The notes below the pieces were generated by a model that worked only from the letters and a program-made list of their open reading frames with translations, had not been told where the DNA came from and searched no databases. A stretch of 64,000 nt of DNA, taken from positions 1,426,001 to 1,490,000 of the forward strand of contig OZ251227.1 in assembly GCA_965240325.2 (NCBI GenBank). Reading direction: 5' to 3'. Numbering within the stretch: the first letter of the stretch is position 1; every line of letters starts with the position of its first letter. Source of the stretch: Rebecca billardiae RCC1528. Taxonomy: Eukaryota > Protista > Haptophyta. The position numbers and the translations under genes are program-made. Of this stretch, positions 24,901-37,188 are shown piece by piece.

Positions 24901-27900
24901 TGGCGAGATCTTGGCGGCGCGGCAGCTGAACGAGCCGCCGTCGCTGCGCGCGGGCGATTCGGCGCCGAGCTCGCCCGCCGCCACGGCCGCCGCGACGGGC
25001 GTGAGCGACGGCGCGGTGCGGCCGAGCAGCGCGCACGGCGACGGCAGCGCGGCGGGCTCGGCGCGCGCGCGCGGTGAGGCGGGCCCGCTGCGCGCGCCGG
25101 GCGCGCGGCCGGCGCGCGAGCCCGGCGGCAGCGGCGAGGCGAGACTGGACGGCGCGGCGGAGGTGGCGCTTGCGGACGGGCGGCGCGAGGCGGGCGCGCC
25201 GCCGCCGCCGCCGTGCACGCTCCCCGACGTCGTGCTCGAGAGCTCCCACGGCAGCTCGGCCGGCGCAGGCGCCCGCTGCCCGTCCGCGCCGCCGTGCTGC
25301 TGCGGCTGCTGCTGCTGCAGCCGCGCCGCCTCCGCCTCGATGGCGGCGCGGAGCCAGCCGGCGGAGGCGGCCGCGCCGGGCGTGCCGCGCGCGCCGACCG
25401 AGCCCTTGCGCGGCGCGGAGAAGAAGCCGAGCGAGCCGCGCCGGCTGCTCGCGGCGGACGCCGAGCCCCAGCCCATCGAGGCCCCCCAGCCGGAGCCGCC
25501 CAGACCTCCCGAGCTGGCCTCGCGCTCGAGCCGCGCGCGCACCGACGCCTTGAACGGCGTGCGCTCCTCGCGCCGCTGCGCGAGCTCGGCGCGGAGGAAG
25601 GCGGCGAAGACGCGCTTCGAGAGCGGCGCGGCGCTGCGCCCGTACCCGAAGCGGAAGAGCAGGCGGAAGAGGCCGAGCGCGGGCACGGTGAGCGCGGCGG
25701 TGAGCAGCGCGCTCAGCAGCGCGTGCGTCAGGTTGAGCGGCGCGCCGCGCCCGCCGGCCGGCCCCTCGTCGGGCGCGTACAGCATGCAGCTGATCACGAG
25801 CGCGAGCATCGCGATCGACCAGAAGATCTGCGCGTGCTCCGTGCGCCGGCTCTCCTCGCCGTCCGCGAAGAGCACGCCGAGCAGCGAGTGCTCGGTGCAC
25901 AGCCGCGCGCACACCCTGCGCAGCAGCGCGGTGAGCGCGTGGTCTCGCTCCAGCTGCGCGTGCAGCCGCGCGGGCCGGAGCAGCTTCTCGAGCGCGCGGC
26001 GCGCGCGGCGGCCGCGCACGTGGCGCTGCACCGTGCGCGCCGCCGCGTGCCGCGTGCGCAGCGCCCACTCGTCCAGCCCGTCCAGGCGGCGCTCGAGCCG
26101 GTCCGCCCAGTCGGGCGCGTCGGCGAGCGCGGCCGCGGCGCCATCGGCGATGCGCTCGCCTCTCTCGTCGCGAGGCGTCGGCGTGAACGGCGGCGTGGAC
26201 CAGACGCGGCGCGCGCACGAGCGCGCGGCGGCCGCGGCCGCCGTGGCCGCGGCCGCGGGGCTCGGCGGCACGCGCGCCGCCGCCGCCGCCGCCGGCGGCG
26301 GCGGTGGCAGCCCCTTGAGCGCGCGCTTGAGCCGCTGGCGCCGGCCGCGCGCGTCCGCCTTGTCGCGCGCCGCCGCGAGGCCGAGCGAGACGGCGCAGCC
26401 CGCGGACATGCCGATCACGAGGGCGAAGAGCAGCGGGCTCTCGACGGCGACGTCGCGCTCGACCAGCGCGTTGAGCTCGTCCAGCCGGATGCTCTGCACC
26501 TCGAACTCGGACGCGTCCTGCGCGAGCTCGGCGCTCGAGCCGGGCACGGACACGCCCGCAAAGTCGGTCAGGTGCGTGCACGCGCACGCGAGGGCGGCCG
26601 CGCCGCCGTCGGGCCCGAGGGTCTCGCAGCCGTCGCCGAGCCACGCGGCGCTGGGCTCGTCCCACCACATGCACGCCAGGCTGGCGCCCGCGTCCGCCTG
26701 CCCCGCCAGCTCGGCCGCGCCGAACGGCACGCGCAGCTCAATCGGCGGCTGCACGGCCGAGACAGAGACGGGCGCGCCGGTGGCCGCGTCGTACAGCGTG
26801 GCGGAGAGGGTCGCGCTGCGCAGCCGCTCGCCCAGGCTGCCGTTCGTCGCGGCGGCCGGGTCGGCGTGCACGTTGTGCGCGAAGACGAGCAGCACGAGGT
26901 CGAACACACCGCCGCCCTCCGCGCGCGCGCCGCCTCCCGCGGGGAGCGCTTGGCCGTGCGAGCCGTTCGGGGCGAGCAGCGTCGCCGGGAGGCTGATCGA
27001 GCCCGCGCCGCCGGGCAGCTCGACGAGCGTGGCGTTGGCGCCGGCGGGGGGGCCGAGCCGCGCGACCGAGAGGCTGAGCGCCTCGCCGAGCAGCTGCACG
27101 CCGCCGTCGCCCGGCAGCAGCCCGGCGCGCAGCGCGCGCGCGAGCGCGCTCGCGGCGCCGACCGCGGCGCGGCTGAGCGCGGCCGCCTCTGAGGCGGAGG
27201 CCGGCTCGGCGTCGGCGGAGAGCACGGCGTCGAGCGCGGCGTGCAGCGCGGCCGCGGTGGGCGCGTCGAGCCCCACGCCCGCCGCGCCCTCCGCGAGCGC
27301 CGCGAGCTGCTCCAAGCCCGCCGCGCGCGCGCTCGGCACGCCGAGCGCCGCCGGCGGCGCGCCGCCGAGCACGGCGCCGAGCGCGGCGCCGAGCTGCGCG
27401 CGCACCTCCGCGCTCGGCGCGGCGCCGGCGGCGTCGAGCGCGGCGGCGGTGAGCGCGAGGAGCGCGTGCACGCTCTCGACCGCCGCGCCCGCGCCCGCCG
27501 CGCCGAGCAGCTCCGCCGCCGCGCCCACCAGCTGCAGCAGCTCGTCCCACGCGCCGACCGCCTCAAGCAGCGCCGCGCGCTCGAGCGCGGACGACAGCAG
27601 CGCGCTCGGCGGCCGCCCGTCCAGCTGGGCGGCGGGCGCGACCTCGAGCGGGGCGTCGGCCGTGGCGAACGCGCCGAGCGCGTCGGCGACGCGCACGCGC
27701 GCGGTGCAGTTGCCCGCGGGCAGCACCGCGCGCGCGTACGGCGCGAGCGTCGCCGCGCCCAGCGCCACTTCCGGCGCGCCGAGCGGCAGCGCGGGCGCGC
27801 GCGCAAACGCGTACCACAGCGGCAGGTCGTCCGCCTCGTCCTCCGCCCAGCCGTGCGCGCGCAGCTCGAAGCGCGTGAGCAGCGCGTGCCCCGTGCGCGG

Positions 27901-30900
27901 CTCCGCGCTCAGCGCGCCGCCAAACGGCGGCCGGTTGATCGGCACGCGCACCGAGCCTATCCCAACCGCACCGGCCGGCTGCGGCGCGCCGCCTTCGCCC
28001 TCGCCCTCGCCCTCGCCGGCGCGCGCGGGCGCGGCGCTCACGCGCAGCTCGAAGGCGTACACGCCGCCCGGCGCGAGCACGGCGCGGTGGAAGCCGAGGG
28101 AGGGCGAGGCGTCGCCCGTCGTCGTCACGCGCGCGCGGTCGGCCAGCGCCAGCCCCGCCGGGCCGAGCGCCCCGGCCGCGCCCTCGAGCAGCGCGCGCCA
28201 CGCGCGGCCCACCGACAGCGGCGCGCCCGGCGGCAGCAGCAGCGCGCGCGCCACGCGCTCCAGAGACGGCTGCTCGAGCCGGGTGTGGAGCACCAGCCGC
28301 CCCGGCTCGGCGGGGCTGAGCCACGTCGGGTTGTACTTGGCGCGCGCGAGCGGCTCGAACAGCACCGTCGGCACCGCGTGCGCCACCACGCTCACGCGCA
28401 CGGCCGCGGCGGCGGAGGCGCGGCCTGCCTTGTCGACGCGCACGCTCGCGCGGTACTCAGCCGGGGGCAGCGCGCCCGCCGGGATGCGGAGCACCGGCGC
28501 GGAGGCGTCGACGCCGCCGAGCGTGCCGTTGGCGCCCCCGCCGAGGGGCAGCGGCGCGGGCTCGCCCTCGCGCTCGAGCGCCCAGCTGAAGCTCAGGCCG
28601 GCCGCCCCCGCCTCGCCCGGCTCGTTGGGGTCGGCGCTGGCGGACGCGTCAAGCCACAGCGGCGCGCTCGCGGACGCGACGCGGTCGCCGCCCGCCAGCG
28701 CCGCGCGCACCGGCTGCACGCGCACCGCGACGCGCACGAGCGCGCTCGCGGCCTGCGCGGGCGCGTCCGCCATCGCCGCGCGCACGCGCAGCTCGTACTC
28801 GAAGCCGGCCGAGAGCGCGTGCGGCCCGAGCTGCAGCGAGGAGGAGCGCGCGCCGCCGAGCTCGGGCACGCGCGCGCCCGCGGCCGCGGCAGCGGCGCCG
28901 AGCGCGGCCGCGTCGCCGGCCGCCGCGTCGCCGTCGACGAGCAGCGCGCCCGTCGACGCGTCGCGCAGCGCGGCGAGCGCCCAGGAGAAGCCGACGCGCG
29001 GGCTGTCGCGCGGCCAGCACTCGGCGAGCTCCGCGCGCGCCGCGAGGCGCAGCGGCCGGCCCGCCGCCACCTCCACGCGCGTCGGCCCAAGCAGCCGCAC
29101 GGACGGACGTCCGTCGTGCACGACGCGCACGCGCCAGCTGGCGGGCTCGGAGCTCGCGTTGAGCAGCGGGGAGGTGACGACGAGCGAGAAGGCGTACTCG
29201 CCGCTCGTGCCCAGCCCCTCGAGCCTCGGCGCGGCCGCGCGCGCACCCAGCGCACCCAGCGCACCGCGCACCGCGCCCACCCCCTCGGCGCTCGACGCGT
29301 TCGAGTCCGCATCCCAGCGGTACGCGAGGCCAGGCGCGCCGCCGCCGCGCGAGCCCGTGCCGTCGAGCACGAGCGCGGCGCCGGGGCACGCGGAGACGTG
29401 CGCCGGCGCGGAGATGGCGGCGACGGGCGGCGCGCACGCGCCGTCCTCGCACGGCGCCGCCGGGTCGATCAGCACGCTCGCCGCCGCCGAGCCGAGCGCC
29501 TCCGCGCACGCGGGCGCGCACGCGGCGGGCCAGAGCGCGCCCGCGCGCGCGCCAACCGTCGCGCCCGCGCGCAGCGCGGTGGCCGCGGTGAGCTGCGCGA
29601 GCAGCGTCGAGTCGTCGCGCCAGCGGCAGAGCGGCTCGGCGGCGGCGCCGCCCCGCAGCAGCGCGAGCGTCTCGTCGTCGAGCACCGCGTCGCAGCGGCC
29701 GAGGTCGCTGCCCATGCCCGCGCGGTCGGTCGGCTGCGCGTCGAAGCGCAGCAGCAGCCCGGTGAGCCGCGCGTCGAAGCCAGCCCACTCGAGCGAGGGC
29801 GCGTGCAGCGGCGGCGACGGCGGCGGCGGCGGGGGCGCGGGCGGCGGGGGCGCGGGCGGCGGGTGCGCCGGCGGCGTGGGCGGCGCGCTCTCGCACGAGC
29901 CGTCGTCCACCTCCGCGCCCGAGTCGAAGTTTGGCGCCGCCGCGTGTGCGCAGCCGGCGCGCAGCAGTACGGGGAGCGCCTCGACGCCAAAGCCGAGGAC
30001 GACGGAGAGCTCCGGCAGCGAGAGCGCGCGCAGCGCGCCCACCACGTCCACGCGCTCGCCCGTCGCGCTCAGCTCGCGCGCCCAGAAGACGACGAGGATC
30101 GACGCGGCGCTCACCGAGTGCACGCGCACGTGCGCGCTCGGCACGCCCGCCACCGCGGCCGCGCGCGCCGCCGAGCCGGCGCGCTCCTCGTCTGTCGCGA
30201 GCTCCGACACGTCGCCCGAGCCGAGCACGCTGAAGTACACCTCGGGGATCGGCGCGGGGGGCAGCGGCGGCGGGTGCGGCGGGCGCGGCGGCGAGGGCGG
30301 CGGCGAGGGCGGCGGCGGCGAGGCGGGCGGCGCGCTCGGGGGCGGGCTCGAGGGCGGCGGCGGCGAGGGCGGCAGGCTCGGCGGAGGAGGTGGCGGCGCC
30401 GAGGGCGGCGGCAGCGGCGGCGGCGACGGCGGCGGCGCGGGCGGCGGCGCGGACGGCGGCGGCAGCGGCGGCGGCGCGGGCGGCGGGCGTGGCGGCGGCG
30501 GAGGCAGTGGCGGTGGCGCCGGGCTCGGCGGCGGGCGCGGCTTCCAATCGGGCGGAGGGCGTGGCGGGCTCGGCGGTGGCGGCGCGCGAGGCGACGGCGA
30601 GGGCGGCGGCGAGGGCGGAGGCGAAGGCGCCGGGCTGGGCGGCGGCGGCGGCGGCGCGCTCGGTGGCGGCGGTGGCGGCGACGACGGCGGCGGCGCGGGC
30701 GGCGGCGGCGACGGCGGCGGCAGTGGCGGAGGCGGCGGCAGAGGCGGCGCCGGTGGCGGGTGCGGAGGCGAGGGTGGCGGCGGGCTGGGCGGCGGCGAGG
30801 GCGGAGGTGACGGCGGCGAGGGCGGCGGCGGCGAGGGCGGCGGCGAGGGCGGCGGGCTCGGCGGCGGCGGGCTTGGCGGCGGCGCCGGCGGCGGGCTGGG

Positions 30901-32568
30901 CGGCGAGGGCGGCGGCGGGCTCGGCGGCGGCGAGGGCGGCGGGCTCGGTGGCGAGGGCGGTGGCGCCGGCGGCGGCGGCGACGGTGGCGGGCTCGGCGGT
31001 GGCGAGGGCGGCGGGCTCGGCGGAGGCGACGGTGGGGGGGGTGGCGAGGGCGGCGGGCGTGGCGGGAGCGGCGGCGGGCGCGGTGGCGCCGGCGGCGGCG
31101 AGCTCGGCGGTGGCGAGGGGGGCGGGGCCGGCGGCGAGGGCGGCGGCAGCGAGGGCGGCGGCGAGGGCGGCGGTGAGGGCGGCGGCGGGCTCGGCGGCGG
31201 CATCGGACGCGGCGAGGGCGGCGGCGGCGGCGCGGGCGGCGCCGGCGGCGGCGCCGGTGGCATCGGCGGCGGCGATGAGGGCGGCGGGCTCGGCGGCGGG
31301 CTCGGCGGCGATGGTGGCGGCGGTGACGGCGGCGGCGACGGCGGCGGCGACGGCGGCGGCGGGCTCGGCGGCGGCGCGGGCGGCGGGCTCGGCGGTGCGG
31401 GCGGCGGGCTCGGCGGCGGCGGCGACGGCGGCGGCGAAGGCGGCGGCGGGCTGGGCGGCGGGGCGGGCGGCGGCCTCGGCGGCAGCGGCGGCGGCGGCGG
31501 CGCCGGTGGCGGTGAGGGCGGCGGCGGGCTCGGCGGCGGCATCGGACGCGGCGAGGGCGGCGGCGGCGGCGCGGGCGGCGCTGGCGGCGGCGCCGGCGGC
31601 GTCGGCGGCGGCGATGAGGGCGGCGGGCTCGGCGGCGGGCTCGGCGGCGATGGTGGCGGCGGTGACGGCGGCGGCGACGGCGGCGGCGACGGCGGCGGCG
31701 GGCTCGGCGGCGGCGCGGGCGGCGGGCTCGGCGGTGCGGGCGGCGGGCTTGGCGGCGGCGGCGACGGCGGCGGCGACGGCGGCGGCGGGCTGGGCGGCGG
31801 GGCGGGCGGCGGCCTCGGCGGCAGCGGCGGCGGCGGCGGCGATGGCGGCGGTGAGGGCGGCGCGGGCGGCATCGGCGGCGCATCTGGAGGCGGCGGCGGC
31901 GGCGGCGACGGCGGCGGCGGCGGTGGCATCGCCGGCGGCGGCGGCGGCGGCGGGCTCGGTGGCGGCGGCGGCGGCGGGCTCGAAGGCGGGCTCGGCGGCG
32001 GCGGCGGCGGCGCATGGGGCGGCGGGCTCGGCGGCGGGCTCGGCGGCGGCGGGGGCGGCAGTGGCGGCGCGGGCGGAGGCGAGGATGGCGGGCTCGGCGG
32101 CGGGCTGGGCGGCGCCGGTGGCAAGGGTGGGCTGGGCGGCGGTGGGCTGGGCGGTGGGCTTGGTGGGGATGGCGGCGGACTTGGCGGTGGGCTCGGCGGC
32201 GAAGGCGGCGAGGGCGGGCTCGGCGGTGGTGGGCTCGGCGGCGGGCTGGGCGGCGGTGGCGGCGGGCTCGGCGGCGGGCTGGGCGGCGGGCTTGGCGGCG
32301 GCGATGGTGGTGGCGGTGGCGGCGGGCTGGGCGGCGGCGGGCTGGGCGGCGGGCTCGGCGGCGGGCTCGGCGGAGGCGGAGACGGTGGCGGGCTGGGCGG
32401 TGGCGGGCTGGGTGGCGGGCTCGGCGGCGACGATGGCGGCGGCGAAGGTGGCGGGCTCGGCGGCGGGCTCGGCGGCGGCGGCGGTGGGCTAGGCGGCGGC
32501 GGGCTGGGCGGCGGGCTGGGCGGTGGCGAGGGCGGCGGCGAGGGCGGTGGGCTGGGCGGCGGGCTGGG

Positions 32569-32601
<33 letters not shown>

Positions 32602-35600
32602 CGGCGGCGGGCTCGGCGGCGGCGAGGGAGGCGGCGAGGGCGGCGGGCTCGGCGGCGGCGCGGGCGGCGGCGGCGAGGGCGGCGGCGAGGGCGGCGGAGG
32701 CGGCGGTGGGCTGGGCGGCGGCGGGCTGGGCGGCGGGCTGGGCGGCGGGCTGGGCGGCGGCGGAGACGGTGGCGGGCTGGGCGGTGGCGGGCTGGGTGGC
32801 GGGCTCGGCGGCGACGATGGCGGCGGCGAAGGTGGCGGGCTGGGCGGCGGGCTGGGCGGCGGGCTGGGCGGCGGCGGGCTCGGCGGCGGGCTGGGCGGTG
32901 GCGCCGGCGGCGGCGAAGGTGGTGGGCTGGGCGGCGGGCTTGGCGGCGGTGGCGGCGGGCTGGGCGGCGGCGGGCTCGGCGGCGGGCTGGGCGGTGGCGA
33001 CGGCGGCGGCGACGGCGGTGGGCTTGGCGGCGGGCTGGGCGGCGGCGGCGGTGGACTCGGTGGCGGCGGGCTCGGCGGCGGGCTCGGTGGCGGCGACGGA
33101 GGCGAGGGTGGCGGCGGCTTCGGCGGCGGCGACGGCGGTGGCGCTGGCGGCGGCGGCGGCGGTGGCGACGGCGGCGGCGGCGGAGGCATGCGCGGCGGCG
33201 GCGGCGGCGGCGGGCTCGGCGGCGGCGGCGGCGGCGGTCTGGCAGGCGGTGCGGGCGGCGGCGCGCTCGGCACCGGCGGCGGGCTCGGTGACGGCGGTGG
33301 CGCGCTCGGCGGCGCGCTCGGCGGCGGCGACGGCGAGCACAGCCACTCGAGCGACCACAGACTCGAGTCCTTGTGCAGCCCAGGTCGCGCGCGCGGGCCC
33401 GGCACTGTCGCGCAGCAGTAGCAGCGCCCGTCCTCGTAGAAGGCGATCGACTGCGACGCGCAGCTGCCCACGAGCAGCTCGGCGCACGCCTGCGCGCTCG
33501 GCGCGATCGCGTCCGGCGGAGGCGCGTTGCCCTCGTCGATGCACGTGCCGCCAGGGACCGGCAGGAAAGCGACCGCGGAGATGTTGGTGTTGCCGCCGCA
33601 CGGGGGCGGGGGCGACGGGGGCGGCGACGGCGGCGGCGGCGGGCTGGGCGGCGGCGGGCTGGGCGGCGGGTGGGGCGGCGGCGCGGACGGCGGCGGCGAC
33701 GGGTAGGGCGGCGGCGGCGGGCGCGGTGGCGGCGGCGGTGGCGGCCGCGGTGGTGGCGGCGGCGGCGAGAGCGGTGGCGACAGTGGCGGCGGGGCTGGCG
33801 GCGGCGGCGCGGGCGGCGGCGGCAACGGCGGGGGGCTGGGCGGCGGCGACGGAGATGGGGACGGCACTGGCGGCGGCGGGCTCGGCAGCGGTGGGCTCGG
33901 CGGCGACGGCGGGCTCGGCGGCGGCGAGCCCGGCGGCGGGCTTAGCGGCGGTGCCGGCGGCGGCGGCACTGGCGGCGGGCGCGGCGGCTGTGGCGACGGC
34001 GCTGGTGGCGGCGGGCTCGGCATCGGCGGACTCGGCGGCGATGGCGGCGACGGCGGTGGCGGGCTCGGAGGTGGTGATGGCGGCGGCAGTGGCGAAGGTG
34101 GCACCGTCGGCGGCGGAGGGCTCGGCCGCGGCGGGCTCGGCGGCGATGGCGGCGGCAGGCTCGGTGGCGGCGGCGGCGGAGGTCGAGGTGGCGCGCTTGG
34201 CGGAGGCGCACTGGGCGGCGGGCTCGGAGGGGGCGGGCTCGGCGGTGATGGCGGCGGGCTCGGTGGTGGCGGTGGCGGAGATGACGGGGGCGTTGGGCTC
34301 GGCGGAGGCGACGGCCAAGCCGGTGGCTTTGGCGGCGGCGGGCTTGGCTGCGGCGGGCTGGGCGGCGACGGCGGCGGCGGGCTTGGTGGCGGCGCGGGCG
34401 GTGGCGACGGCGGCGACGGTGGCGAGGGTGAAGGCGGTGAGCTCGGTGATGAGGGCGGCGTCGGCTGGCCCGTCTGCACTGGGCTCGGCGGGGGCGGCGG
34501 CGCGCTCGGCGGCTCCGACGGCGGCGGTGGGCTGGGCAGCGGCGGGCTCGGCGGTGGCGGCGGCGCGCTTGGCGGCTCCGACGGCGGCGGTGGGCTGGGC
34601 AGCGGCGGGCTCGGCGGTGGCGGCGGCGCGCTTGGCGGCTCCGACGGCGGCGGTGGGCTGGGCAGCGGCGGGCTCGGCGGTGGCGGCGGCGCGCTTGGCG
34701 GCTCCGACGGCGGCGGTGGGCTGGGCAGCGGCGGGCTCGGCGGTGGCGGCGGCGCGCCCGGGGGCTGAGACGGCGGCGGTGGCGGCGGTGGACTGCTCGG
34801 CGGTGCGGCCGGCGGCGCGGGCGGTGGCGGGCACACCCACTCCGACTCCCACAGCGATGCAGACGGGCGCGGGTAGAGCGTGAACGGGTCCGGGCAGCAG
34901 TAGCACTCGCCCGTGTCCGCCCAGAAGCTGAACACCGAGCACGCGCTGTACAGCGCGGCAGCGCACTCGTCCTCGTCACGCGCACCCACCACGTCAGGCA
35001 CACTCGACAGGCGGCGCGGCCGGGGAGGGCCCGCCTTGTCGTCCGGCACGCACGAGTAGCCCGTCGGAGGACCGCCCGAGTACGCAGTCGCCTGAACCGC
35101 GCCATTGCCGTTGCAAGGCGGAGGTGGCGCGGGTGGCAACGACGGCGGTGGCGGAGGCGGCGGCGGGCTTGGCGGCGGTGGGCTTGGCGGCGGCATGGGC
35201 GGTGGTGACGGCGGCGGAGGCGGCGGCGGACTTGGCGGCGGTGGGCTTGGCGGCGGCATGGGCGGTGGTGACGGCGGCGGAGGTGGTGGCGGGCTTGGCG
35301 GCGGTGGGCTTGGCGGCGGCATGGGCGGAGGCGACGGCGGCGGAGGCGGCGGCGGGCTTGGCGGCGGTGGGCTTGGCGGCGGCATGGGCGGAGGCGACGG
35401 CGGCGGAGGCGGCGGCGGGCTTGGCGGCGGTGGGCTTGGCGGCGGCATGGGCGGTGGTGACGGCGGCGGAGGCGGCGGCGGGCTTGGCGGCGGTGGGCTT
35501 GGCGGCGGCTCGGGCGGTGGTGACGGCGGCGGAGGTGGTGGCGGGCTTGGCGGCGGTGGGCTTGGCGGCGGCATGGGCGGAGGCGACGGCGGCGGAGGCG

Positions 35601-36864
35601 GCGGCGGGTTTGGCGGCGGTGGGCTTGGCGGCGGCATGGGCGGTGGTGACGGCGGCGGAGGCGGCGGCGGGCTTGGCGGCGGTGGGCTTGGCGGCGGCTC
35701 GGGCGGTGGTGACGGCGGCGGAGGTGGTGGCGGGCTTGGCGGCGGTGGGCTTGGCGGCGGCATGGGCGGTGGCGACGGCGGTGGCGGCGGCGGCGGGCTT
35801 GGCGGCGGTGGGCTTGGCGGCGGCATGGGCGGTGGTGACGGCGGCGGAGGTGGTGGCGGGCTTGGCGGCGGTGGGCTTGGCGGCGGCATGGGCGGAGGCG
35901 ACGGCGGCGGAGGCGGCGGCGGGCTTGGCGGCGGTGGGCTTGGCGGCGGCATGGGCGGTGGTGACGGCGGCGGAGGTGGTGGCGGGCTTGGCGGCGGTGG
36001 GCTTGGCGGCGGCATGGGCGGAGGCGACGGCGGCGGAGGCGGCGGCGGGCTTGGCGGCGGTGGGCTTGGCGGCGGCATGGGCGGTGGCGACGGCGGCGGA
36101 GGCGGCGGCGGGCTTGGCGGCGGTGGGCTTGGCGGCGGCATGGGCGGTGGCGACGGCGGCGGAGGCGGCGGCGGGCTTGGCGGCGGTGGGCTTGGCGGCG
36201 GCATGGGCGGTGGTGACGGCGGCGGAGGCGGCGGCGGGCTTGGCGGCGGTGGGCTTGGCGGCGGCATGGGCGGTGGTGACGGCGGCGGAGGTGGTGGCGG
36301 GCTTGGCGGCGGTGGGCTTGGCGGCGGCATGGGCGGTGGTGACGGCGGCGGAGGTGGTGGCGGGCTTGGCGGCGGTGGGCTTGGCGGCGGCGACGGCGGC
36401 GGTGGCGGAGGTGGCGGTGGCGGCGGGCTCGGCGGCGGCGACGGTGGCGATGGCGGGTCCTGCGGCGGTGGCGACGGTGGCGGCAGCGGCGAGCACACCC
36501 ACTCCGACTCCCACAGCGATGCAGACGGGCGCGGGTAGAGCGTGAACGGGTCCGGGCAGCAGTAGCACTCGCCCGTGTCCGCCCAGAAGCTGAACACCGA
36601 GCACGCGCTGTACAGCGCGGCAGCGCACTCGTCCTCGTCACGCGCACCCACCACGTCAGGCACACTCGACAGGCGGCGCGGCCGGGGAGGCCCCGCCTTG
36701 TCGTCCGGCACGCACGAGTAGCCCGTCGGAGGACCGCCCGAGTACGCAGTCGCCTGAACCGCGCCATTGCCGTTGCAAGGCGGAGGTGGCGCGGGTGGCA
36801 ACGACGGCGGTGGTGGGCTCGGTGGCGGGGAGGGCGGTGGTGGCGATGGCGGCGGCGAGGGCGG

Positions 36865-36897
<33 letters not shown>

Positions 36898-37155
36898 CGG
36901 TGGCGGCGACGGCGGCGGTGATGGCGGCGGCGGCGGAGGCGGGCTTGGCGGCGGTGGCGATGGCGGCGGCGATGGCGGCGGTGGTGGTGGCGGAGACGGC
37001 GGTGGCGGGCTCGGTGGTGGCGACGGCGGAGGCGATGGCGGCGGCGGCGGAGGCGGGCTCGGTGGCGGCGGGCTGGGTGGCGGCGAGGGCGGCGGTGGCG
37101 GGGGCGGAGACGGCGGTGGCGGGCTCGGTGGTGGGGATGGCGGAGGTGATGGCGG

Positions 37156-37188
<33 letters not shown>

